Source of the DNA: Limnothrix sp. BL-A-16
GTDB lineage: Bacteria > Cyanobacteriota > Cyanobacteriia > CACIAM-69d
NCBI GenBank assembly: GCA_041937175.2
Contig: CP166615.1
Coordinates: 2,400,001 to 2,464,000 of the forward strand
Direction of reading: 5' to 3'
Length of the DNA: 64,000 bases
Part shown: positions 1 through 9,746 of the stretch, one piece after another
How the letters are laid out: every line of letters starts with the position of its first letter
How positions within the stretch are numbered: position 1 is the first letter of the stretch
Translations under genes and position numbers: made by a program
The notes under the pieces: generated by a model
What the model was told of the DNA's origin: nothing
Database searches by the model: none
Seen by the model: the letters and a program-made list of their open reading frames with translations, nothing else

Positions 1-237
1 AACCCAGAGGTGCGATCGCGCATTTTTGACCCCTTTTTCACCACAAAGCCGATCGGTCAGGGCACTGGTTTAGGCCTCTCGATCGCCTATCAAATTGTGG
101 TGGAGCAACACCATGGTCGGCTCAGTTGCCAGTCTGCACCGGGTCAAGGAACGGGTTTTGAAATTCGGCTGCCCCGACGCGCGGGCTTGACAATCACTTC
201 TCAATTGCCCGCGCCGGAACTGGCGGAAGCGCTTTAG
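1..237 (+). CDS. Sensor histidine kinase, C-terminal HATPase_c fragment (5' truncated by window)
   Basis: IFDPFFTTKPIGQGTGLGLSIAYQIV F/G2 boxes. Confidence 0.9.
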   Translation, partial: NPEVRSRIFDPFFTTKPIGQGTGLGLSIAYQIVVEQHHGRLSCQSAPGQGTGFEIRLPRRAGLTITSQLPAPELAEAL

Positions 238-381
238 GATCTGTCGTCATTTCCTGGAATCCCGTGAAAACGGTTGATCTTCCATACCCTAATCAACCCA
301 GACAAGGGGCTTAAGCCCCTTGCCCCCCACGATCTGCTAACGGCAGATCTAGGGTTTTGGGTGAAATGACGACAGGCCCTA
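235..381. mobile_element. MITE-like element, copy 1 (143 bp plus TA flanks)
   Basis: TA|GGATCTGTCGTCATTTC ... GAAATGACGACAGGCCC|TA (17-bp TIR, 15/17 match); central palindrome CAAGGGGCTTAAGCCCCTTG at 303-322. Confidence 0.8.
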
Positions 382-452
382 ATCGCAGCCGAAATAACCA
401 CCGATCGCCCGCAAATTTCGGGCAGGTTTCGGGTTGAATCGATCCTTTGGAA

Positions 453-1001
453 TTACAAATCCAAAAGACCCGGGGGAGGCACAATTTCCAGACGCTTGGT
501 TATTAGGTCAACGATCGGGACAATTTCATCCACAAAGGGAATCAAAATCACCTGTTCGGAATCTGTAAGCTCCACCTGCAACAGATCCTGAGCAGCAGTC
601 GCCAGACCCACCACTCGCCCGATCGGGGCCTGTTGCACCTGATCAAACACCTCCATTCCCATCAAGTCCATCAGGTGATATTCCCCCGCTTCCAAGGGAG
701 GGCGGCTGTGGGCCGAAACTAGCAACTTAGCTCCCCGGAGGTTTTCGGCACTGGTGCGATCGACCACTTCCGCAAACCGCACCACATACAGATTTTGCTT
801 ATTCAGATATCGGCCGCTCAACAGGCGCACCGGTTGGGGTTCGTCCCGCCCGAGCTTGGCCCCCGGCGGCAACAACCAGCGCTGGCCCGGCTCCATAAAT
901 CGTTCTGGAAAATCGGAGTCGGGATAGACCCGCAGTTCCCCCCGCAGACCTTGGGGGGCAACAATTTTGCCCACTTCGAGCCAATCATCAGGGGTGCTCA
1001 T
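453..1001 (-). CDS. rimM: Ribosome maturation factor RimM
   Basis: VGKIVAPQGLRGE...SDFPERF, EYHLMDLMG, LIPFVDEIV. Confidence 0.95.
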   Translation of the reverse strand: MSTPDDWLEVGKIVAPQGLRGELRVYPDSDFPERFMEPGQRWLLPPGAKLGRDEPQPVRLLSGRYLNKQNLYVVRFAEVVDRTSAENLRGAKLLVSAHSRPPLEAGEYHLMDLMGMEVFDQVQQAPIGRVVGLATAAQDLLQVELTDSEQVILIPFVDEIVPIVDLITKRLEIVPPPGLLDL

Positions 1002-2089
1002 GGATGTAAAGAGGAGGTAGAGGTCAAGGAAGGGGATGAACTATTGCCGGTGGCTTGGCCGGTGGTCTGATCGGTGGTCTGATCGGTTGGCTGGCTGCCT
1101 GACTGGCTGCCTAAGGGGCTGTCTGAATGGTTGTTGGGATGACTATGGGCATGGCCGTTAGTTTGGCCATTGCTGTCGATCGGTTGGGCGGGCGGGGTCA
1201 CGGGTTCCAAACCAGCCATCTGCAAAATTTCGGGAATTAAGTCCTCGCGGCGCACCGCCATCATATGGACTCCCTGACAAATTTGGCGGGCCATGGCCAC
1301 CTGTTCAGCGGCGATCGCCATGCCCTCGCGCAAGGGGTCTTGGGCCCGAGCCAGGCGATCGATCAAATGCTGCGGAATTTCCACACCTGGCACATTGCGG
1401 TTGATAAATTCCGCATTTTTCGCTGATTTCAGCAGAAAGATCCCCGCCAAAATTGGCTTTCCGCAACCGGCAGCCACCTGGGTCATGAACTGATCCAAGC
1501 GATCGAAGTCGGAGATCAATTGGCTTTGGAAAAATTGGGCCCCGGCAGCTAATTTGCGCTGAAAACGCCGCTGCACTCCCGACCAGCTCTTGCATTGGGG
1601 ATCCACCGCCGCTCCGACGAACAGATCCGTTCCGCTATTTTCCAAGGGGCGATCGGCCGCATCTTGCCCTTGGTTCAGTCGCTTCACCGCTTCCAACAGG
1701 CGCACCGCTTCCCAGTCAAAGACGCTGCGGGCTTCGGGAAAGTCACCGGCCTTCACCGGGTCACCCGTGAGGGCCAGCACGTTCTGAATCCCCAGGGCAT
1801 GGGCCCCCATCAAGTCCGCTTGGAGGGCAATTCGGTTGCGATCGCGACAGGCCACTTGCCACACGGGTTCAATGCCTCGTTGCAACAGCAAGCTCGCGGC
1901 CGCCAACGAAGACATCCGCAACACAGCCCGGCTGCCGTCGGTGATGTTCACCGCATGAACCCAAGGTTGCAACTGCTCGGCCATGGCCACCATGTGGCTG
2001 GCATCGCTGCCCTTCGGTGGCATCACCTCGGCGGTCACCAGAAAAGTGCCAGCGCTGGCAGCAGTACGAAAACGCGATAACACGGGCAT
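998..2089 (-). CDS. metF: Methylenetetrahydrofolate reductase
   Basis: TAEVMPPKG, NITDGSRA, CRDRNRIALQ, ALTGDP, GAQFFQSQ; low-complexity C-terminal tail. Confidence 0.92.
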   Translation of the reverse strand: MPVLSRFRTAASAGTFLVTAEVMPPKGSDASHMVAMAEQLQPWVHAVNITDGSRAVLRMSSLAAASLLLQRGIEPVWQVACRDRNRIALQADLMGAHALGIQNVLALTGDPVKAGDFPEARSVFDWEAVRLLEAVKRLNQGQDAADRPLENSGTDLFVGAAVDPQCKSWSGVQRRFQRKLAAGAQFFQSQLISDFDRLDQFMTQVAAGCGKPILAGIFLLKSAKNAEFINRNVPGVEIPQHLIDRLARAQDPLREGMAIAAEQVAMARQICQGVHMMAVRREDLIPEILQMAGLEPVTPPAQPIDSNGQTNGHAHSHPNNHSDSPLGSQSGSQPTDQTTDQTTGQATGNSSSPSLTSTSSLHP

Positions 2090-2337
2090 TGACTAACGGC
2101 GCAAGAGACAGGGATTGCGCAGGCATAGATCGACATTCTACCCGGAAGTTTTCCCCCACAAATCTTCCCTTTGGCGAGGGATTTGGCAAGCTAGTCTAAT
2201 TTTTGGGCCCGATCGCCCGCTGTTTCCCTGCCTTGGGCGATCGGCCTTGTGTTGGGGCCGGCCCCTTGGCACAATGAAGCCCGTGGATTGCCCACAGATT
2301 CCGGCCATTGCCCCCGCTGCGGAAGCCAGCCTCCTCC

Positions 2338-3006
2338 TTGGGTATCGAACTCCGAAGCTACGTTTATCTCGATCGCCTGCAACCCCAACATGCGGCCTAC
2401 ATTGGCACAGTGGCGATCGGCTTCTTGCCGCTCCCGGGGGACAGTTCCCTTTGGATTGAAGTATCGCCTGGGATTGAAATCAACCGCATCACCGATGTGG
2501 CCCTCAAGGCCACCTCCGTGCGGCCCGGCGTGCAGTTTGTGGAGCGGTTATATGGCCTGTTAGAAATTCACTCCAGCCGCCAAGGGGAAACCCTGACAGC
2601 GGGCCGGGCCATTTTGCAGGCCCTGGGGGTGCGGGAGAGCGATCGCCTGAAGCCCCGTGTCATCTCCAGCCAAATTATCCGCAATATTGATCCTCACCAG
2701 GCGCAATTAATTAACCGCACCAGCCGAGGCAACATGCTGCTGGCGGGTCAAACCCTCTATGTTTTTGAGGTGGAACCGGCGGCCTATGCGGCCCTGGCCG
2801 CCAACGAGGCGGAAAAGGCCGCGTTGATCAATATTCTGCACATCACGGCGGTGGGCAGCTTTGGGCGGATGTACCTCGGTGGCGAAGAGCGAGATATTTT
2901 GGCGGCGGTGGCAGCGGTCGAGGATGCGATCGCCCATGTTTCTGGACGCGATCGGGATGATGGCAACGATGGCCGCACCCCGATGCTCCTGACCCGAAAG
3001 GAGTAG
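2338..3006 (+). CDS. ccmP: Tandem BMC-domain carboxysome shell protein CcmP
   Basis: (M)[20 protein letters not shown]...ERLYGLLE...AANEAEKAA...GSFGR; TTG start at 2338 inferred. Confidence 0.9.
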   Translation: MGIELRSYVYLDRLQPQHAAYIGTVAIGFLPLPGDSSLWIEVSPGIEINRITDVALKATSVRPGVQFVERLYGLLEIHSSRQGETLTAGRAILQALGVRESDRLKPRVISSQIIRNIDPHQAQLINRTSRGNMLLAGQTLYVFEVEPAAYAALAANEAEKAALINILHITAVGSFGRMYLGGEERDILAAVAAVEDAIAHVSGRDRDDGNDGRTPMLLTRKE

Positions 3007-3015
3007 CAATCGATC

Positions 3016-3780
3016 GTGGCAGACGCAGTGGATCTCATGTATTTGGCCCGATCGCCCCGACAGTGGGCCGATTGGCGAGCGCAACAGGGCGATCGACCCG
3101 CCGACTTGCGCGGTGCAGATCTGAGCGGTTGGAGTTTGCCCCAATGGGACTTGGCCGGGGCCCAACTTCAGCAAGCCATTCTCGATCGCGCCGACTTGCA
3201 AGGGGCCAACGGTTCCCATCTGCAAGGCCTCGGTTTACGGGCGATCGGGATGCGGGGCTTAGGAATTCGGTTGCGCCACAGCCAAGCCATTGCGGCCAAC
3301 TTCCACCAAGCCGACCTTCGCCAAGCCGACTTGCGCGATGTGAGTTGGGCCGGAGTGAACCTGACCGAAGCCGATCTGCGGGGAGCCAACCTCAGTCGCG
3401 GACAACTGGCGCGATCGACCTGGGCCTTCACCCGTGCCCAAGGGGCAATTTTGCAAGGGGCCCTGCTCGATCAATCCCTAGTCTTGGGGGCAGAATTTGG
3501 GCAACTGCAAGCCCATGGCCTCCAGGCCCGAGAATTACGGGGCGATCGCTCCCACTGGGCCGCCGCCCAACTGGCCGAAGCCGACCTATCCGGAGCCAGC
3601 CTCGTTGGTGCAGACTTCGCCTGGGCTAATCTCAGCGATGCCAACCTGCAAGGGGCCGACCTGCGCGGGGCCAACTTGCACGGGGCGAACCTCTGTCGCG
3701 CCGACCTACGCGGAGCCTCACTAACCGATGCCGATTGGAGCCTCAGCATCACCCTAGACACCCTGTGGCCAACAACCTAG
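3016..3780 (+). CDS. Pentapeptide repeat protein
   Basis: Many A(D/N)LxG pentapeptides; 9 bp after ccmP stop. Confidence 0.9.
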   Translation: MADAVDLMYLARSPRQWADWRAQQGDRPADLRGADLSGWSLPQWDLAGAQLQQAILDRADLQGANGSHLQGLGLRAIGMRGLGIRLRHSQAIAANFHQADLRQADLRDVSWAGVNLTEADLRGANLSRGQLARSTWAFTRAQGAILQGALLDQSLVLGAEFGQLQAHGLQARELRGDRSHWAAAQLAEADLSGASLVGADFAWANLSDANLQGADLRGANLHGANLCRADLRGASLTDADWSLSITLDTLWPTT

Positions 3781-3897
3781 CCTGATATTTCCTCCACAAA
3801 ATCTCCAATTTTTGGGATCTCCAGTTTTTTGGATCCACTAGACCTCTTGCACGAATTAACCCCCTCTGATCAAGATGGGCTGATTAACGATCATCTC

Positions 3898-3981
3898 GTA
3901 GGTTGGGTTGAGGTACGAAACCCAACAACAGCAAGGCTTGCAGTGATTGAGTTGGGTTTCGCAAAGCTCAACCCAACCTAC
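3898..3981. repeat. GTAG-type REP doublet (inverted pair)
   Basis: GTAGGTTGGGTTGAG...GAAACCCAAC / GTTGGGTTTCG...CTCAACCCAACCTAC. Confidence 0.8.
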
Positions 3982-4264
3982 GGAATAACCCAGTGTTTGA
4001 GTGTTTTCTCAGTCAATCAGGGATCTGGGAGCGGGATTTGGGATGAGGTGCTTGATTGAGGCAAGAGATCTATTGACTCGACCTAGGAATCGTGATGGAT
4101 GCAAGAGGTCTAATGAAAACTCTGAATAGAGCATCAGTTAGGAATCATTTTTTGATGTATAGCAACACTTTTAGCAATACTTTCCTTTTTACCTTGGCAT
4201 TCACAGAGCGGGTTCTTATAAATGAATGAATGGTTGAAGGGATGTTAAACCGTTCATTATTTTT

Positions 4265-5866
4265 ATGCCCACATTCTCTCTCAGTGACTCTGCTCTAGCA
4301 CCCGCTTCTCTCCCCGCTGCTAATGAATCCTCCCGTTGCAGTTGTCGGGCCTGTCGATCGGCCCGGGGCGGCGGCAGCACCAACGGCAGCACCGCTACCA
4401 TCCGTCCCCTAGCGGCCGGCAGCGGTTCGCCCGTAGTAGACACCATCATTGCCAGCACTGACTCAGGCGCTCCCGACAAATGGCCCGTGGGCCCCGGTGG
4501 CACCATCACCTACAGCTTCATTTCTCCTGCCACCGTTAACACCTATAACGCGAGTCAGGATGAAACCAACATTCAAGAGGTCGAAGAGTCCGTTAAGAAC
4601 AACGTGCGGGCCATCTTTCGCCACTACAGCGAAATTGTGCCGCTGAATTTTGTGGAAGTGGCGGACTCCGCAGACAGCAAGGTACGGATCGTCTACTCCC
4701 AGGGGCCCGGGCCGGAAGGCAATGCTTACGCCTACTATCCCAGCAATCCCGATCGGGGCGGCGTGGTTCACCTTCAGCCCGCAAACAACAGCGACCCGAG
4801 CACGGCCTTTACCGCCGGCCCCGGCAGCTATGGCTATTCGACGCTAATCCATGAAATTGGTCACGCTTTGGGCCTGAAGCACCCCGGTAACTACAACGCC
4901 ACCGCCAACCAGGATCCTGGCCAACCCGCAGAAAACGCGGGTGAAGAACCGTTTCTCGATTCGGCTCGCGATAACATCGTGAACACGATCATGAGCTATA
5001 ACGGCGACGCACAACAGGACAAGGGATTTGCGGATCCTTCAACCCTGATGGCGTTGGATATTGCCGCTTTGCAGTTCATGTATGGCACCAATCGCGGTTC
5101 ACGGGCAGAAAACACCACCTATCGCCTGGATTCCAGTAATCTACGCACGGTGCAAGCGATTTGGGATGGTGGGGGCAATGACACGGTGGACGCATCGGCT
5201 CTCCCGGCGGGCGATTATCTATTTGATCTGATCGATAATGGCCGCTTGACGGAGCGGGCTGCCTTGGGCGCACGCATCTACAAGGGCAAAAACGAACCGG
5301 ACGGCCCCGACTACCAAGACATGGGCTACGGCTGGGTAGTTGGGATTGGGGCCAATCTGGAAAACGTGGTTGGCACCGTTGGGACTGATGAAATTTTGGG
5401 CAATGCCTTGCCGAATGTCTTACAAGGGGGCGCGGGCAATGACCAAATTTCCGGGCGGATTGGCCCCGATACCCTTGATGGCGGGGCGGGCAATGACCTG
5501 CTGCGGGGTGGTTTTGGGTTTGATGTGTTGATTGGTGGCCCTGGTGACGACATCCTTTCGGGCGATCGGGGACGGGATCAACTGACCGGTGGCGATGGAG
5601 CCGATATCTTCGTGTTGCGGACGAGCACCCCTGCACCCACGCCGGAAGTGACGGATATTCTGACGGACTTCACCCCAGGGGTCGATCGCATCGGTCTGAC
5701 GGATGGATTCTCCCCCTCGGCCGTGGCCTATGCGCCCTTTTCGCTCAATGGTCAGGCTGGAACCATGATGAGTATTGCGGGCAGCAGCAATGCTTTCTTA
5801 GCCTTTGTGCCCGGCGTGGGGGCTGATGCGATCGGGGCGGCCCTGATTGCCTCGCCGGTTCCCTAA
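4265..5866 (+). CDS. M10 (serralysin-like) zinc metalloprotease with RTX Ca-binding repeats
   Basis: HEIGHALGLKH zinc motif, IMSY Met-turn, GGAGND-type nonapeptides. Confidence 0.92.
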   Translation: MPTFSLSDSALAPASLPAANESSRCSCRACRSARGGGSTNGSTATIRPLAAGSGSPVVDTIIASTDSGAPDKWPVGPGGTITYSFISPATVNTYNASQDETNIQEVEESVKNNVRAIFRHYSEIVPLNFVEVADSADSKVRIVYSQGPGPEGNAYAYYPSNPDRGGVVHLQPANNSDPSTAFTAGPGSYGYSTLIHEIGHALGLKHPGNYNATANQDPGQPAENAGEEPFLDSARDNIVNTIMSYNGDAQQDKGFADPSTLMALDIAALQFMYGTNRGSRAENTTYRLDSSNLRTVQAIWDGGGNDTVDASALPAGDYLFDLIDNGRLTERAALGARIYKGKNEPDGPDYQDMGYGWVVGIGANLENVVGTVGTDEILGNALPNVLQGGAGNDQISGRIGPDTLDGGAGNDLLRGGFGFDVLIGGPGDDILSGDRGRDQLTGGDGADIFVLRTSTPAPTPEVTDILTDFTPGVDRIGLTDGFSPSAVAYAPFSLNGQAGTMMSIAGSSNAFLAFVPGVGADAIGAALIASPVP

Positions 5867-6127
5867 GCGCGATCGATCGGGATCATTGGCTCACAGATGC
5901 CTGAGTCGATCGCGGGTCGATCGGGCGCGGGAGCTGCCCGCTTTGAAATTTTGCCCGGAATTTAACCCCTAATGTCTAACCAGATTCGATCGGCTGAAAG
6001 GGTTATTTTGCGGGCATAGGACAGCCGAAATAACAAGACCAAGATTTCCAATTAAGGATTGCAAACAACTGGCATCCGTCTTTGGGCGATCGTCGTCTGC
6101 TATGTTAAATGCGACAATTCAGCGACG

Positions 6128-6162
6128 CGTCCCAAGCCTGAGCGGTGCGGGACGTTTTTTTT
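6128..6162 (+). terminator. Intrinsic terminator-like hairpin
   Basis: CGTCCC...GGGACG followed by T8. Confidence 0.55.
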
Positions 6163-6395
6163 CAGGTCATTTTTCACCAAGATTGATTGTTCAGGGTGAT
6201 TGGAATTCGGCCTTCGGGAAAAACCAAAATAATACCGACCCAAACTATCTTGGGTCGGCCAGGGATGATTCAGATGATTCAGCAGATCAACCTTTTGCCA
6301 AACCTGTAACCAAACAGGCAAAGGAAAAAGCGTTTAACCCATTGGGGGCTGAATCATCGGAAAGATTCAAGAACCCAAAGGTTCGGAGGTAACAA

Positions 6396-6998
6396 CTAGG
6401 CCGCTTTGGCGAAGTTTTCAGCCACAAAGTCCCAGTTGATCAGCTTGGTGACGAAATCGCTGATGTAGTCAGGACGGCGATTTTGGTAATCCAAATAGTA
6501 GGCATGTTCCCAAACATCCATGGTCAGGAGGGGAGTTTGGCCGGCGGTCATGGGGTTTTCGGCGTTGCCGGTTTTGGTCACCTTGAGCGTGCCGTTATCG
6601 AGCACCAACCAAGCCCAGCCGCTACCGAATTGGGTCGCCCCAGCGGCTTTGAATTGGGTCACGAATTCATCAAAGCTGCCAAAGTCAGCCACAATTTTGT
6701 CCAGCAGCGCGCCGGTCGGTTGGCCGCCGCCGTTGGGCTTAATGCAGTTCCAGTAGAAGCTGTGGTTCCAGGCTTGGGCAGCGTTGTTGAAGATGCCGGC
6801 TTTGGATGCATCACCAGCAATGGCTTTGATTACGTCTTCGATCGGCTGTGCGTCCAGCTCAGTCCCTTCAACGGCCTTGTTGTAGTTGGTAACGTAGGCG
6901 GCGTGGTGCTTGTCGTGGTGGAACTCCAGGGTGTTCTTGCTGATGTAGGGTTCCAGCGCCGTGTAATCGTAGGGCAGGGCAGGAAGTTGGTAAGCCAT
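6396..6998 (-). CDS. sodB: Superoxide dismutase [Fe]
   Basis: FHHDKHH, NNAAQAWNHSFYW, DVWEHAYY. Confidence 0.96.
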   Translation of the reverse strand: MAYQLPALPYDYTALEPYISKNTLEFHHDKHHAAYVTNYNKAVEGTELDAQPIEDVIKAIAGDASKAGIFNNAAQAWNHSFYWNCIKPNGGGQPTGALLDKIVADFGSFDEFVTQFKAAGATQFGSGWAWLVLDNGTLKVTKTGNAENPMTAGQTPLLTMDVWEHAYYLDYQNRRPDYISDFVTKLINWDFVAENFAKAA

Positions 6999-7231
6999 GA
7001 TTGCAGTGCTTTCTCTTGGTGCTTCTCTCGGTTCTTGGCGATTGCACGGTTGTTGGCGGCAGACTGGGGCGATCGCACGCCACCGGCCAGCCGATTAAAA
7101 CAACTTCTGGCGAGCAAAACAGCCGCCCTCTAGGGTATCGCAAAATCTGTGCATCCCGTGCAGGGACAAGTTTGCTGGTTGGTCTTGGCCGATGGGTTGA
7201 AACCGTTCACCGAGCTGGGTCTTGGCTAGGT

Positions 7232-7291
7232 AATGACCCAGCGCAAATGACCCAGCGCAAATGACCCAGCGCAAATGACCCAGCGCAAATG
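7232..7291. repeat. Tandem repeat, 14 bp x4 (AATGACCCAGCGCA)
   Basis: Perfect copies read directly. Confidence 0.95.
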
Positions 7292-7355
7292 GTTCAGCCC
7301 AGTCGATCGGGGTTTTCGAGATCTGGTCTGGGATCTCGAATTTGCGATTTCTTCT

Positions 7356-8897
7356 CTAAGCGGGAATTCCAAACACCTGGGGCACAAAGCTGCCATGCAG
7401 ACCATAAGGAACATGGTGCTTGAGTTTCAACCGAGCCACCAGGGACAGATCCTGAGCCGCCAGGATGATCAGATCGGAGGCGTGGCGCTCGGCATTGTAG
7501 GCCAGCAGCAACACCCAACCATCATCCTCTTGGGTGGCTTGGGGATTAGGGACAAACAGCGGTTCACCGCCAAAAACCCGCGCGCCCAGGTCAAACAGGG
7601 CCCGATCGCCCGTTTGCAAATCCAATTTCAACACCGCTTGCAGGGGTGCATTGCCTTGGGGCGATCGGGCTGCCCCGATGTATAGATAGCGATGTTCATG
7701 GCCCACGGCGTGGGGGTGCAGGCTGGGAAATTCACAGCAACGACTTTCGATGCAGTGCGATTGCACCCGATCGGTGGTCAAGTCCATTTCAAATCGCCAA
7801 AGTTGTCCCTCCGGCAGGCTGCCAAAATCAACCGATCGGAAGTCTGCACCCGGCTCCAGGGTTGGGAACGAGTCATAGCAAACGGAATCGATCGTGATTT
7901 GTTGACCATCGGAGCTTTCAAAGGCGTTGCCGTGGTGAAACACAAAGCAAGGTGGCACATCCAGCACGCGCACCGCCTGGCTCGGATCCCGAGGAATCAG
8001 CAGGGCCCGAGTGGGTTGTTTGGGGTCAAATTCCAGGCATTGCCCCGCCCCTTTGAACCCCAGCATGAAAGGCAGCGGATTAAATTTGACGGGATTTTGG
8101 AAAAAGATGCACCAATGGGGAGTGATGGCAAAATCATGCAAAAAGGCGAATCCCGGCACGCTGCGGGTTTGGCGGCTGGCGAGTTTCCCCGCTTCGTCTA
8201 ATTCATAGATTGTGATGTTGGTGGAAAGGCCGGGCTTCACGGCAAAGTTCACGAAGCGCCGATCGCCCGCCGAGTTGGGACTCATGGCCCAGCGGTTGGC
8301 TCCGGTGTCTGTTTCGGCCGCGCCGGGAACCGTGCCAGGATCAATGCGGGCATGGGCGGCGAAGGCATCGCCGGGCTTCAGCAGGCCATCGATCGAATCC
8401 AGCCCGATCGTCTCCAGGGTTTCTGGATCCAAACGGTGGGGTTCGGCCGCTTCCCACAGGGCCCAGAGTCGATCGGCCCAATACATCACATGGGTGTTGG
8501 CAATATTTTTAATCTTCAGATCCAACAAATTCGCCAGCCAACCGCCGGCCTTTTGCGTACCAAACACGCCGCGATAGAGAATTTTGCCGGCGGCCTGTTC
8601 GGCCAAATAGCCTTCGGTGCGCACAAACCGATTGCGAAAATGGGCGCGGCCGTTTTGGAAGGTAATTTGGCAAATCATCCCATCCCCATCAAAGGGATGT
8701 CCGATCGGCTCGCCAGCCACATCCAGCAGGCCGGGGCCATTGCGAAACAGCGTGCCGGTGAGGTTATGGGGAATTTCCCCTTCAATGTCATCAATCCAGG
8801 TCTCAAATTCTTGGGGTTGAGATTCATAGCCCCGCTGCCAGTCCGCGAGACTATAGGACACTGGTTTTGATGAGGTTTTCGTTTCAAGGCTTTGCAT
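7356..8897 (-). CDS. Carotenoid oxygenase family (apocarotenoid oxygenase-like)
   Basis: GTLFRNGPG, HPFDGDG, FAAH, LHDF, FHHGNA, EDDGW, PYGLHG iron-ligand histidines. Confidence 0.93.
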   Translation of the reverse strand: MQSLETKTSSKPVSYSLADWQRGYESQPQEFETWIDDIEGEIPHNLTGTLFRNGPGLLDVAGEPIGHPFDGDGMICQITFQNGRAHFRNRFVRTEGYLAEQAAGKILYRGVFGTQKAGGWLANLLDLKIKNIANTHVMYWADRLWALWEAAEPHRLDPETLETIGLDSIDGLLKPGDAFAAHARIDPGTVPGAAETDTGANRWAMSPNSAGDRRFVNFAVKPGLSTNITIYELDEAGKLASRQTRSVPGFAFLHDFAITPHWCIFFQNPVKFNPLPFMLGFKGAGQCLEFDPKQPTRALLIPRDPSQAVRVLDVPPCFVFHHGNAFESSDGQQITIDSVCYDSFPTLEPGADFRSVDFGSLPEGQLWRFEMDLTTDRVQSHCIESRCCEFPSLHPHAVGHEHRYLYIGAARSPQGNAPLQAVLKLDLQTGDRALFDLGARVFGGEPLFVPNPQATQEDDGWVLLLAYNAERHASDLIILAAQDLSLVARLKLKHHVPYGLHGSFVPQVFGIPA

Positions 8898-9746
8898 GGA
8901 TCGCGATCAAATCGAGTTGGGTGGCGGTTGCAAAAGACCCGATCGGGCGACCAATTTCGGAGCGATCGCGGCCCATGGGTGACCGCAATGCACAATTACA
9001 ATGCACAATCACCCAGGGCGATCGTTCCAATGCCCAATCCGTCAGGCTTGCTTCTCTAGTCTAATGGTCTGTCTTGTCTGGAACCGCGCAGAACCGGCAA
9101 TTCTCGGGCAATTAACCCCTATTGGTGCAAATCGCGATCAAATAAATTTTGTTGCAGGTCAAAATTGATCTTTTAGGCATTCCAGATGTTTATTAAAGAT
9201 TTTTAGGTGTTTTTTTGTTTCCTTTGCTTGGTCTTTGTCTTGATCTAATTATTCAAATTCAACCATTTTGATTTGATTTTGATTTGATTTTTATCAATTT
9301 ATTTTCATGAGCTTTTATGAGTTTTGATAATCAGATTTTAATCATAAACTAGATTAAATTAGTCAATTTTCAAAAACAATCAAGGCAATGATTAAGTTGT
9401 TTTTTGATTTAGCAAATGACTTCGATCATGAATCTTAGTCGATACTGTTCAGCATTTGGTGCTGATCTTTCAGATAGCTATGGGCAGGGGGTGAGTTAGT
9501 TATCATTCTTGGGGATCGTTGCGATCGCCCATGACAATTATTCATCCCCAGTATTTATTGATTGATCAATCTTTTTGGGGTTTCCGGGATTTGTCCCAAC
9601 TTTCCTGATTCTTAGAAATCATTTGGAGAGCAGAGAGCACAATTCCTGAACCTAAAAATCAGGGAGCAAAGTGGCTGTCCTTCAGGTTTGAGCTTCAAGA
9701 AACATCAGCCGCTTTGGCCCTGATAGAAAAGACAATAGCCTCTTCA

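Noticed and set aside
6102..6392. 96-aa ORF downstream of sodB
   Set aside because: No recognisable motif, and it contains a terminator-like hairpin with T8 near its start.
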